Part shown: in pieces, positions 7,320-15,755 of the stretch
Layout of the letters: the number at the start of each line of letters is the position of its first letter
Numbering within the stretch: position 1 is the stretch's first letter
Source: Synechococcus sp.
Lineage (GTDB): Bacteria > Cyanobacteriota > Cyanobacteriia > Thermostichales > PCC-7336
Reading direction: 5' to 3'
NCBI GenBank assembly: GCA_051439425.1
Contig: JBFRWD010000056.1
Coordinates: 1-21,468 of the forward strand
Length of the DNA stretch: 21,468 bases
Notes under the pieces: generated by a model
What the model was told of the DNA's origin: nothing
The model's input: only the letters and a program-made list of their open reading frames with translations
Database searches by the model: none
Translations under genes and position numbers: made by a program

Positions 7320-9221
7320 ATGGATGCAATCACTCTTGCTTGGACAGAAGCAGGCCAGCGAAAGACACAGACATTCGTCGATACCTACTCGACCAAGACC
7401 CCCGGAACGATTCGAGTCGGGCGAGACCCTGCTCAGTGTGATGTTGTGCTTCCCTCTCTGAGCGCTAGCGATCGCACTGTTTCACGACTTCATGTAGAGA
7501 TTGCGTTCAACCCCACCCATTCATCGTTCTACCTGCGCAACCTCAAGCCGCAAAACCCCGTTCAGGTGGATGGTTCTGCCGTGACGAACGAAGCGGTTCT
7601 GCAAGAGGGCAGCACTATTCGCCTGGGCAAAGTGGAAGTGGAAGTGGCGGCGGTAGCTGCTGTGCCCGCGACGATTTTTGTCTCTGCAAGCGAGCGGCCC
7701 ACACTGGTATATAAGCCTGCCGAAGATACGCACGTGGAGGCTGAACGTTCCGCACAACGACACGAAATTCAATCGCGTAATACGCCTCAAGAGCCTCGCA
7801 ATGGAGTGACTGCTTTCGATCAACCTACCGAACTGGAGGAGCAGGCTGAGGTAAGTCACCAACTTAATGTGACGGAATCAGCAGACGAGCAGGTGTCTGC
7901 TGCGGAAAATGGCACTTCCCCCCCGACTAGTCAATCAATACCGGGTCAATCAGTAACGGGTCAGTCGAGTACGGCTGTAGTGCAGCCAGCTCTTAGCCCA
8001 GTCGATCGCGCACAAGATTTTCTCAACTCTATTCCCAAACCTTCGTTTTCTGTCCAGTCCTTACTCAAACCTGCTCCATTAGCGATTGGTGCGGCTGTTC
8101 TTGCTGCGGTCGGGTTGTTGCAATGGCAGCGTCTCAACACCATCACCAGTACTAAAGCATTTGTCAACAGTCGTATTATTTCGATTACTGCCCCTGTTTC
8201 CGGGGAGTTGCGCCTGCAAAACATCAATTCCGGGCAGTTGGTCCAAGAAGGAGTGCTGCTAGCCAATATTTTTGACCCTCGTAACATCGAGCTACAACGC
8301 ACTCAGCAGCGATTAAAAAATGAACTAGAAAATCTAATCTATCGTCAGCAACAGTTGCAAGTGCAGTTGAATGACCGGCGCGAATCCTTTCAGCGAATTC
8401 AAGATGAAGCTAGTACTCAACAATCCCTCCAGCAAGGCTCGACCGAGTTCTTAGAGGCCGAGCTAGATGATGCCATCGCTACGGCCCGAGAAGCTCAAGC
8501 CAATGTTGTGCAAGTTCGGGATTTGGCAGCTGAAGGGACAATGACCGACCAAGAAGTTGAATTGGCTGAAGCTGCCCGGGATAGTGCTGAGGATGTCGTC
8601 AACCAACTGCGTGAGCAATTGGCCTCAGCGCGACGAGGGGATGAAACCGAACAGCAGTCTTCATCGGTTTCAACTGTTGTCGAAAATCGCAGGTCAGCTC
8701 TTCAAAATGAAGTTGCTAATTTTGAGCAAGTATTAGAAAACTTACAGGCTGAATCCGATGACAAACAACGCCAACTGGATTCCATTACCGACCGGCTTTC
8801 TCGTCAAACGCCAGCCAACATTACCAGTCCCACTGCTGGAGAAATCTGGACGGTAGAATACCAACCCGGACTATCCAACACGGTGGTAGTGTCTGGAGAT
8901 GGCATTGTCGAGTTGGCGCAGTGCGAAGGGTTATGGGTTGAAGCTGTGGTTTCATCCCGCGATGCCACCAATATTTCCGTAGGTGGTGATGCCAGCATCT
9001 TTATTCCCGATGGGTTCCGCCACCAGAAACTTGATGGGGTTGTGCGGGAAATCCGCACTTCGTCCGAGCCTGTAATGGTGAGTGCCGATGAGGTGGCTAT
9101 TTCACCCGAGAATTTGGGGCCTGGAGAGGTGGCAGTCATGGTGGATTTGAAGTCACCTGAAAACTCTGGGAATTTCTGCAATATTGGCCGCACGACTGAA
9201 GTTCGCTTCTCACGCAGTTAG
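7320..9221 (+). CDS. FHA domain fused to a HlyD-like membrane-fusion (periplasmic adaptor) protein
   Basis: N-terminal cyanobacterial FHA (ITLAWTEAG...GTIRVGRDPAQCD...TVSRLHVEI...NPVQVDG...IRLGK), S/T/Q/E-rich linker, TM helix (APLAIGAAVLAAVGLLQW), lipoyl half ITAPVSGEL...GQLVQEG, long coiled coil, second half ITSPTAGEIW, and beta-barrel LWVEAVV...C-NIGRTTEVRF. Start at ATG 7320 is preferred over TTG 7308. Confidence 0.85.
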   Translation: MDAITLAWTEAGQRKTQTFVDTYSTKTPGTIRVGRDPAQCDVVLPSLSASDRTVSRLHVEIAFNPTHSSFYLRNLKPQNPVQVDGSAVTNEAVLQEGSTIRLGKVEVEVAAVAAVPATIFVSASERPTLVYKPAEDTHVEAERSAQRHEIQSRNTPQEPRNGVTAFDQPTELEEQAEVSHQLNVTESADEQVSAAENGTSPPTSQSIPGQSVTGQSSTAVVQPALSPVDRAQDFLNSIPKPSFSVQSLLKPAPLAIGAAVLAAVGLLQWQRLNTITSTKAFVNSRIISITAPVSGELRLQNINSGQLVQEGVLLANIFDPRNIELQRTQQRLKNELENLIYRQQQLQVQLNDRRESFQRIQDEASTQQSLQQGSTEFLEAELDDAIATAREAQANVVQVRDLAAEGTMTDQEVELAEAARDSAEDVVNQLREQLASARRGDETEQQSSSVSTVVENRRSALQNEVANFEQVLENLQAESDDKQRQLDSITDRLSRQTPANITSPTAGEIWTVEYQPGLSNTVVVSGDGIVELAQCEGLWVEAVVSSRDATNISVGGDASIFIPDGFRHQKLDGVVREIRTSSEPVMVSADEVAISPENLGPGEVAVMVDLKSPENSGNFCNIGRTTEVRFSRS

Positions 9222-9341
9222 GCTGGCTGAATTGAGGAGTTACCAAGTTCTGGCATGTGGCTGCTGGTTGAAAAATTCTGCTGGTTACGCGACTCGGCTA
9301 GTTAGGCAACTCAATAGTTCAGGGTTCCATAGAGACTCAAG

Positions 9342-10574
9342 TTAACCAAACTGCTGCTGAAGTTCTTCCGTCGTGATTGTGATTGTGCGCTCTTGGCCAT
9401 TGCGATTGATAAGGAATTCAACCTCTTCACCTACAGCCCGTCCGGAGATTGAGCTTTGAACCTGGGCCGCAGTACTGACAGACTCTCCGTCTAGCGCGAC
9501 AATCACATCCCCCGATCTCAGTCCTGCGGATGCTGCTGGGGAGCGCTCCAGAACATCAATCACCACAACACCTGATTCCAAACTGGGGTCAATTGTCAGG
9601 GAACTGGGGTTGGGAGATCTGGCAATCTCCTCTAGTAATTCGGCGTCAAGGGTGTTCATACGAATACCCACAAAGGAGCGCACGACTCGCCCGGCCGAAA
9701 TGAGCTGATCGATGACGATCTGAGCCTCATTGACTGGGATAGCAAAGCCGATTCCTTCTGCCCCTCGGACGATTGCTGTATTGATACCCACCACTCGACC
9801 ATCAATATCAATCAGCGGGCCACCGGAATTTCCGGGATTGATGGCAGCATCGGTCTGGATGAAGTCAATCCGGCGATCGCCGACACGGATTTCCTGGCTG
9901 GTGCGACCCAGTGCACTGACAATACCTGCCGTGAGACTGTTGCTTAACCCCAGCGGACTACCCAGGGCAATCACCCATTCCCCCGGCCGCAGCAAACCAG
10001 AGTCTCCGAACTCTACAAATGGGAGCGGATTATCGTCTACGTCGAGCTGGATAACGGCGAGGTCTGTTAAGGCATCTCGACCCACAACCGATCCGGTGAA
10101 TTCTCGACCATCGGATAGAACGGCTGCCACCATGTCGGCGTTACCTACCACGTGGGCATTGGTGACAATGGTACCGGTTGCATCAATAAGAAAGCCCGAC
10201 CCAGAGCCCCCAATAAAGTCTTGCCTGGGGTTAGAGAACCTGTTTTGTCCCCGATCGTTAGGGCCAAATTCTTCGAAAAACTGTTGGAGGCGATCGGAAT
10301 TTTGCCCCCTACTATCAGGCACGATGGGCTCAATTTGGACGACGGCGGGCGCAACCTCTTGTGCTGCATCGGCAATGAAATTGCTGCCGTAGGTTCGGCC
10401 AGACTCGTCGGGCTCGTTGTCTAAGTCGAAGACCGGTCCCGAATCAGCCTGAGGTTCCTCTGTCTCGGGGGCAGTCGGTTCGGGTTCCTCGGGAGGTGGA
10501 GAACTACAAGCTGCGATCGCCGCCACCAAGGCGAATGCTAGAGGCTTGACCAACCGAGAGGAGGAAAAAGGCAT
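9342..10574 (-). CDS. HtrA/DegP-family serine protease (trypsin domain + one PDZ), predicted lipoprotein
   Basis: Lipobox IAAC; GSGSGF, TNAHVV (His), TDLAVI (Asp), IQTDAAINPGNSGGPL (Ser); PDZ with SPAASAGLRSGDVI. Confidence 0.95.
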   Translation of the reverse strand: MPFSSSRLVKPLAFALVAAIAACSSPPPEEPEPTAPETEEPQADSGPVFDLDNEPDESGRTYGSNFIADAAQEVAPAVVQIEPIVPDSRGQNSDRLQQFFEEFGPNDRGQNRFSNPRQDFIGGSGSGFLIDATGTIVTNAHVVGNADMVAAVLSDGREFTGSVVGRDALTDLAVIQLDVDDNPLPFVEFGDSGLLRPGEWVIALGSPLGLSNSLTAGIVSALGRTSQEIRVGDRRIDFIQTDAAINPGNSGGPLIDIDGRVVGINTAIVRGAEGIGFAIPVNEAQIVIDQLISAGRVVRSFVGIRMNTLDAELLEEIARSPNPSSLTIDPSLESGVVVIDVLERSPAASAGLRSGDVIVALDGESVSTAAQVQSSISGRAVGEEVEFLINRNGQERTITITTEELQQQFG

Positions 10575-10775
10575 GTGCAATCGTCGATAGCTGAGCCGAC
10601 GCTTGAAGACTGTGGCGAGAACTAGAGGAATACTATCTTAGTTGATAGACAATTCCATCGTCCGAATTGGCAGTATCGATCCCTAGCAGTAGAGGTCGTC
10701 GGATACAACGCCGAATTCCGTGCCGGTTGGGAGCAGATGCTTGCCAATAGTACGCAAGACTCACGATTTCGAGAT

Positions 10776-11663
10776 TTATCGGTTAATCCATACCGCCATA
10801 CCCTGGAGAAGTCGTAAGGCCCGTTGGCGAGCACTGGGTTGGGTAAGCAGTCCTTGAGACGGACTCAACAGAAAGGCTGTGAAGAAACAGGCAAAAACCA
10901 CCAGCACAATTGCAGCCCCGGAAGGAACATCCAGGTAATAGCTGGCGTACATTCCGGCAATGCTGGCAAAGGCTCCAATTGCCCCTCCCAGCACCATCAT
11001 TTGATGCAGTTCCTTGACCAGGAGGTAGGCCGTCATGGCAGGGCCAACCAACATGGCAATGACCAACAAAATTCCAACCGTTTGCAGGCTGGCCACTACG
11101 GTTAAGGTAATTGCCGTGATGGTTCCAGCGTAGTACCACCGCACGGGCAAACCTGCGGCTTGTGCTCCAACAGGGTCGAGACTATAAAGCAATAGCTCTT
11201 TATAGAACAAAACAGTGGCGATGCAGATGGAGGCAGCGATCGCTGCTGTCAACCACAACTCCGACTGCGTCACCCCCAGAATATTGCCGAACAGCACGTG
11301 AATGAGATCGATCCGATTGGCCCCTGGCAGAACGCTAACTAACGTGACGCCAATTGCTAAAAACGTCGATAGCACTAAGGCCATGACGGTATCGATCTTG
11401 AGTTTGGATTGCGATTCAATCCAGGCCAGTAATAGGGCACTCAAAACACCGGCAACAACGGCTCCTACCGATAGGGGTAGACCGAGAACATAGGCCACTG
11501 GTAAACCCGCCAGCACCGAGTGGGAAATGGCATCTCCTAACATCCCCATTTGGCGAACCAGCATGAAGCTGCCCACAACAGAGCACAGGATGCCTAACAT
11601 GACGCCGATTGCGATCGCCGTCCGCATAAATTCCAGCTCCAGTGGGGCGACGAGCCAATCCAT
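10776..11663 (-). CDS. mntB: Mn/Zn ABC transporter permease
   Basis: ABC-3 family motifs GDAISHSVLAG, HVLFGNILGV, DPVGAQAAGL, VGILLVIAMLVGP and YYLDVPSGAAIVL. Mn specificity is inferred from the promoter motif. Confidence 0.88.
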   Translation of the reverse strand: MDWLVAPLELEFMRTAIAIGVMLGILCSVVGSFMLVRQMGMLGDAISHSVLAGLPVAYVLGLPLSVGAVVAGVLSALLLAWIESQSKLKIDTVMALVLSTFLAIGVTLVSVLPGANRIDLIHVLFGNILGVTQSELWLTAAIAASICIATVLFYKELLLYSLDPVGAQAAGLPVRWYYAGTITAITLTVVASLQTVGILLVIAMLVGPAMTAYLLVKELHQMMVLGGAIGAFASIAGMYASYYLDVPSGAAIVLVVFACFFTAFLLSPSQGLLTQPSARQRALRLLQGMAVWINR

Positions 11664-11713
11664 AATTACCTGCGAAAAGCGACCCAAAATAAAATCAAGA
11701 GTTTACGGAAGTA

Positions 11714-12448
11714 TTACACGGCGGCAGCTTGTAGCGGTTGGCCGTAAGCCCGGGTCAGATTATCGACAGTCATAACGTCTGTCCGAGGACCGATCGCCAC
11801 TAAGTTCTTGTTGAGCAACACCAATCGGTCAAAATGATTCAGACTCTCGCCTAAATCGTGATGAACCACCAGTAGCGTTTTAGCTCGCTCTTTCAGTTCG
11901 CGGAAGATATCGAAAATAATGTCTTCCGTTCTGCGATCGACCCCCGTAAACGGCTCGTCTAGGAAAAAGACATCTGCTTGTTTGGCCAAGGCTCGTGCCA
12001 AAAATACCCGCTGCCGTTGCCCTCCCGATAGAGCGCTAATTGGGCGATCTCGCAGATCCCACACATCGACTCGTTTTAATGCCTGTTCTGCCAACTGAAG
12101 CACTGCTTTTCCCGGTCGCCGAAACAGTCCGGTTTCTACCGTCTGGGCGGTCATGACAAAGTTCCAGACGGAAATAGGGTAATCCCAGTCGATTTGCGAT
12201 TGCTGGGGAACGTATGCCACCCGAGATCGCTGGCGAGTCAAGGGGCGATCTCCTAACAGGACAGTTCCATGGCTAGTCGGAATCAAGCCGAGCATTGCTT
12301 TGAGCAGCGTACTTTTTCCCGCTCCATTTGGCCCCAAAATACCCAGAACTTGACCGCCATCGGCAGTGAAATTCACATCGTCCAGGGCGTGAATACCTCG
12401 GTACTGAACGAACAAGTCTCGCACGGAGAGGCGATCGATATTCAGCAT
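11714..12448 (-). CDS. mntA: Mn/Zn ABC transporter ATP-binding subunit
   Basis: GPNGAGKST, AYVPQ...DWDYP, LSGGQRQRVFLARAL, LDEPFTGVD and HHDL; strong AGGAGG Shine-Dalgarno 7 nt upstream of the ATG. Confidence 0.9.
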   Translation of the reverse strand: MLNIDRLSVRDLFVQYRGIHALDDVNFTADGGQVLGILGPNGAGKSTLLKAMLGLIPTSHGTVLLGDRPLTRQRSRVAYVPQQSQIDWDYPISVWNFVMTAQTVETGLFRRPGKAVLQLAEQALKRVDVWDLRDRPISALSGGQRQRVFLARALAKQADVFFLDEPFTGVDRRTEDIIFDIFRELKERAKTLLVVHHDLGESLNHFDRLVLLNKNLVAIGPRTDVMTVDNLTRAYGQPLQAAAV

Positions 12449-12620
12449 TGCTCTACCTCCTTCTGAGTGGCGTCAGACCGAACTCGGTCGTGTGTGAAGT
12501 CCGAGGAATCTACCTGTTCGGTATATCGAGTTGCTCAAATTCGACACAGCGTGCAATGACTGAAGGAACCTTAAGCCCAGCAGTACTGACAGCAACAGAT
12601 GGTGTCGTAGCCCAGACAAT

Positions 12621-12717
12621 AATGACGAGAAAATGACCCAAAAATGAATCAAATATGAAAACAGCATACCAAACTCACCGTTCATTGTGCAGAATAAAGA
12701 TGAAACGATTATGAAAA
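12621..12717 (+). promoter_or_regulatory. ManR-like direct-repeat operator array in the divergent mntAB/mntC promoter
   Basis: ATGA cores at 12622, 12633, 12644 and 12655 (exact 11-bp period) and at 12700 and 12711. GATGAAACGATTATGAAAA (12699-12717) matches 15/19 of the Synechocystis mntCAB ManR site TATGAAAAGAATATGAGAA as I recall it. Confidence 0.7.
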
Positions 12718-12836
12718 CGTGATTGGTATTGGGTCGACACACTTAGAGACCATATTGGTGTGGCCTGGGCTGCTGCTTCATTTCATTGCACCAATCGAAG
12801 GTTGAGCCTTTGGGCAAGGGATATAGGAAAGGTTTT

Positions 12837-13802
12837 ATGGCATTTGAGTGGCAACGTTTTAAACGCTCCATAGCACTGATTTCTGGGATGGGGGCTGCGG
12901 CAATCGCACTTGGTTGTTCATCTGGAGGAGCAGACAACTCGGCGACAAGCGTAGGTAAACCTTTGGTGGTGGCGTCCTACAGCGTGTTGTGCGACATAAC
13001 GTCTCAGATTGCTGAAGACACAGTTGAGTTGGACTGCCTGATTGATTACGACCAAGATCCGCACACCTATGAAGGGACGCCATCAGACCGACGGGCGATC
13101 GAGCAGGCGGATTTAATCCTCTATGCAGGCATGAACTTTGAACCCTCCATTATCCAGATGGTGAGCGCGAGTTCAAATCCCTCCGCCCAAATTGCCGTTC
13201 ACGACCAGTCGGTGCAAAATCTCATTGAATACAATGCTGACGGGCAGCCGGTGCCAGATCCTCACATTTGGCACGACGTAAACAATGGGCTACGCATGGT
13301 GGAGACCATTCACGATGCATTAACAACGCTTTCTCCTGAGAACTCCGGGGTGTATGCCGAGAATAGCGAAGACTTGCAGGCCCAACTGCGTGAACTAGAT
13401 GCTTGGATAGTCGAACAAATTCAGACCATACCGGAAGCGCAACGACAGTTAGTAACCACCCACGATGCGATGAGTTATTACTCTCGCGCCTACGGTTTGA
13501 CAGTTGCCGGAACGTTGTTGGGACTGTCTCCCGAAGAAGAGCCTACAGCCGCTCGGGTTAGCGAACTGGTCACGAGCGTCCGAGAAATCGGAGTTCCAAC
13601 TCTGTTTGCAGAGCTAACGACCAACGATCGCGTCTTGCGCACCGTGGCGGCAGAAGCTGGTGTGCAGATTTCGGATAATGTTTTGATTGCTGATGGGGTT
13701 GGAGCACAGGGAACTCCTGAAGGCAGCTATCAAGGAATGTTGGTCTATAACACTTGCACGATTGTGGAAGGGTTGGGGGGAGAATGCGAATTAGGCCCGT
13801 AG
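12837..13802 (+). CDS. mntC: Mn/Zn ABC transporter substrate-binding lipoprotein (TroA/PsaA cluster A-I)
   Basis: Lipobox ALGC after ATG 12837 (AGGAAAGG upstream); QDPHTYE, PDPHIWH, VTTHDAMSY and IADG metal-ligand motifs; divergent from the ATPase/permease genes. Confidence 0.85.
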   Translation: MAFEWQRFKRSIALISGMGAAAIALGCSSGGADNSATSVGKPLVVASYSVLCDITSQIAEDTVELDCLIDYDQDPHTYEGTPSDRRAIEQADLILYAGMNFEPSIIQMVSASSNPSAQIAVHDQSVQNLIEYNADGQPVPDPHIWHDVNNGLRMVETIHDALTTLSPENSGVYAENSEDLQAQLRELDAWIVEQIQTIPEAQRQLVTTHDAMSYYSRAYGLTVAGTLLGLSPEEEPTAARVSELVTSVREIGVPTLFAELTTNDRVLRTVAAEAGVQISDNVLIADGVGAQGTPEGSYQGMLVYNTCTIVEGLGGECELGP

Positions 13803-14099
13803 TATGGGGTCTCAGAGAGATGAAACGTAGACAATCTTTAAATATGTTTAGTCATCGACTACAGATATTGTTGGTTTTCTCGCTAGAAATATCCTGCCTA
13901 TATCTGTGCGCATAGAATTGGGAAGAGGGTTCGAGGTCAGGGCTGTAGAGCCTTGCAGGGCTTTTCTCTCCGCGAAAAAAGACGCCAGTGATGGTACGAC
14001 TCTTGGCTGGTTTTTCAGAATATAGTCTGTATTAAACTTAATAATCGTTTGGTTATGAACTCACCTTTTTGGCGGGATCGGAGCTGCCAAAGGGTGTAG

Positions 14100-14142
14100 G
14101 TAGTAACAGCTACAACCTCCCCACATAACATGTTGATAGGTT
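14100..14142 (+). promoter_or_regulatory. NtcA-activated (class II) promoter of nrrA
   Basis: GTA-GTAACAGC-TAC (14100-14113) is GTA-N8-TAC, followed 23 nt later by TAGGTT (TAN3T, 14137-14142) with an upstream TG. NrrA genes are known NtcA targets. Confidence 0.85.
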
Positions 14143-14304
14143 TGCAACCGCCGCCCTGGGCGCACGTTAAAGCTACTACGATTGAGTTTGAGAATTGTCT
14201 GAGATGCAATCACGATTGCCTCTCTTTCATATCAAGAACTGCGATTTTCAATCGTTCTAGAAATAGCAGTGGTGCAGGGGTTCAACTCGATAAGGAGTTC
14301 TGAA

Positions 14305-15066
14305 GTGACGTCATTGCACATTCAGATAGTCGATGGAAATCCTCATTTGCAGACGCTGTTGAGCTGGCAACTTCAGCAAGCTGGGCATGTTGTCCATGCC
14401 TGTAGTAGTGCGGAGCAGGCAAAAGCTGCTTTACGTAAGCGACTGACCCATATTTTGGTCGTAGATGGTGATTTGCCTAATAATGCCGGAAAGGGGTTAT
14501 GTGCATGGGCCTATCAGCAGCTTGATATTGCAATTTTGATGCTGTCTACTAACGATGGGGATTCCGATATCATCAGTGGTCTGCAAGCGGGGGCTGATGA
14601 TTACATGATCAAGCCTATGAGTATGCAGGTATTTGCTGCGCGTGTGGAGGCTCTGGCTCGGCGTCTGAATCGCAACACTCCGCCATCTAGCCTTAACTAT
14701 TCAACGCTCAAAATTGATTTGGTGCAGCGGCAGGTTACGGTTAGCAATCGTGCGATTGAGCTGACTCCTCAAGAATTCAGCCTTCTGTTTGTGTTGGCGC
14801 AGGCTGCTGGAGAGCCGCTGTCACGATCCGAGCTGTTGCAGCGAGCGTGGCCGGATGCGATCGACAATCCCCGCACGGTGGACACGCATATTCTGTCGTT
14901 GCGCAAAAAGATAGAGGCCAATCCTCAACAGCCTCACCTGATTCAGACGGTGCGAAATGTGGGGTATCGCCTCTATCCAGATGGGGCACCGGTCTCTAAT
15001 GGCGCTTCCCCTCCTCCTCTGGCACAGGTGGCGCGAGTGGCTCAACCAGCGATCGCTCGCCATTAA
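14305..15066 (+). CDS. nrrA: OmpR-family nitrogen-regulated response regulator NrrA (Rre37/Sll1330/All4312 type)
   Basis: Distinctive IVDGNPHLQTLLSWQLQQ N-terminus and LTPQEFSLLFVLAQA...LSRSELL.RAWPDAIDNPRTVDTHILSLRKK...QTVRNVGYR. AAGGAG lies 7 nt before GTG 14305, and an NtcA box lies upstream. Confidence 0.88.
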   Translation: MTSLHIQIVDGNPHLQTLLSWQLQQAGHVVHACSSAEQAKAALRKRLTHILVVDGDLPNNAGKGLCAWAYQQLDIAILMLSTNDGDSDIISGLQAGADDYMIKPMSMQVFAARVEALARRLNRNTPPSSLNYSTLKIDLVQRQVTVSNRAIELTPQEFSLLFVLAQAAGEPLSRSELLQRAWPDAIDNPRTVDTHILSLRKKIEANPQQPHLIQTVRNVGYRLYPDGAPVSNGASPPPLAQVARVAQPAIARH

Positions 15067-15126
15067 TTCTGCTTCTTAGGTTGCTGACTACCTTGCCAAT
15101 CTGGGCAAGGCTAGAGTTTTACGGTT

Positions 15127-15651
15127 TCAGGTTTGTCCGATCGGGGGAAACTGTCCGTTTTTGTGAGCGATCGCCAACTCCCAATAATGCTTTGCATGAA
15201 CGATTAAGTCAGCAATCTCATCATCTGCCAGCCTGCGGCGAGGCTTTGCCGGTGTACCCACCACCAACGTTCCGGGCTCGACTGACTTGGTGACAATGGC
15301 CCCAGCCCCCACAATGCTGCCTGCCCCAATCCGTACCCCATTCATCACGATCGCCCCCATCCCAATCAAACATCCCCGTTCAATATGGGCCGAATGAACG
15401 ATCGCTTTATGGCCAACCGTGACAAACTCATCCAACACCACCGGCTGCCCTTCGTCACAATGAATCACAGCCCCATCCTGCACGTTGCAGCACTCTCCAA
15501 CTGAAATCGACTCGATATCCCCTCGCAACACGGCCCCAAACCAAATATTGCTGCAGGCTGCAAGTGTGACATCTCCGCAGACCACAGCAGTAGGCGCGAT
15601 CCAACTTTGGGGATCGATGTGAGGAGCTTTTGGCGATGAGGCGGCGGACAT
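15127..15651 (-). CDS. Gamma carbonic anhydrase-like protein (YrdA/CaiE family, left-handed beta helix)
   Basis: IWFGAVLRGD, NVQDGAVIH, VTVGHKAIVH (three His ligands), hexapeptide repeats and GTPAK. Confidence 0.92.
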   Translation of the reverse strand: MSAASSPKAPHIDPQSWIAPTAVVCGDVTLAACSNIWFGAVLRGDIESISVGECCNVQDGAVIHCDEGQPVVLDEFVTVGHKAIVHSAHIERGCLIGMGAIVMNGVRIGAGSIVGAGAIVTKSVEPGTLVVGTPAKPRRRLADDEIADLIVHAKHYWELAIAHKNGQFPPIGQT

Positions 15652-15755
15652 ATTGCGACACACTTACGTTCTGACAATTCATCATGCGATCGAAATTCTG
15701 CATCCCATACGGGAAGAAGTTTTTAGGCGATCTCAAATACGGTAGTACTAAAAAC

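Noticed and set aside
10270..10295. HtrA segment RLQQFFEEFGP, loosely similar to the shared ELxQLE[ED]FLxPPPT motif
   Set aside because: Phe-rich FF..FG segments are normal at this position in HtrA proteins, and the PPPT is absent.
9730..10392. 220-aa plus-strand ORF antisense to htrA
   Set aside because: Shadow ORF on the opposite strand of a well-supported gene, with no recognisable motifs.
12621..12665. 11-bp periodic repeats considered as a CRISPR or iteron array
   Set aside because: Units are too short, have no spacers, and no cas or rep gene is nearby; better explained as regulator binding sites.
12473..12742. 89-aa minus-strand and 62-aa plus-strand ORFs in the mnt intergenic region
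   Set aside because: They overlap the operator repeat array and divergent promoters; no SD or motif support.
13947..13968. AGAGCC-TTGCAG-GGCTTTT hairpin as a terminator for mntC
   Set aside because: Weak stem with G-U pairs, short U-tract, and 145 nt from the stop; insufficient support.
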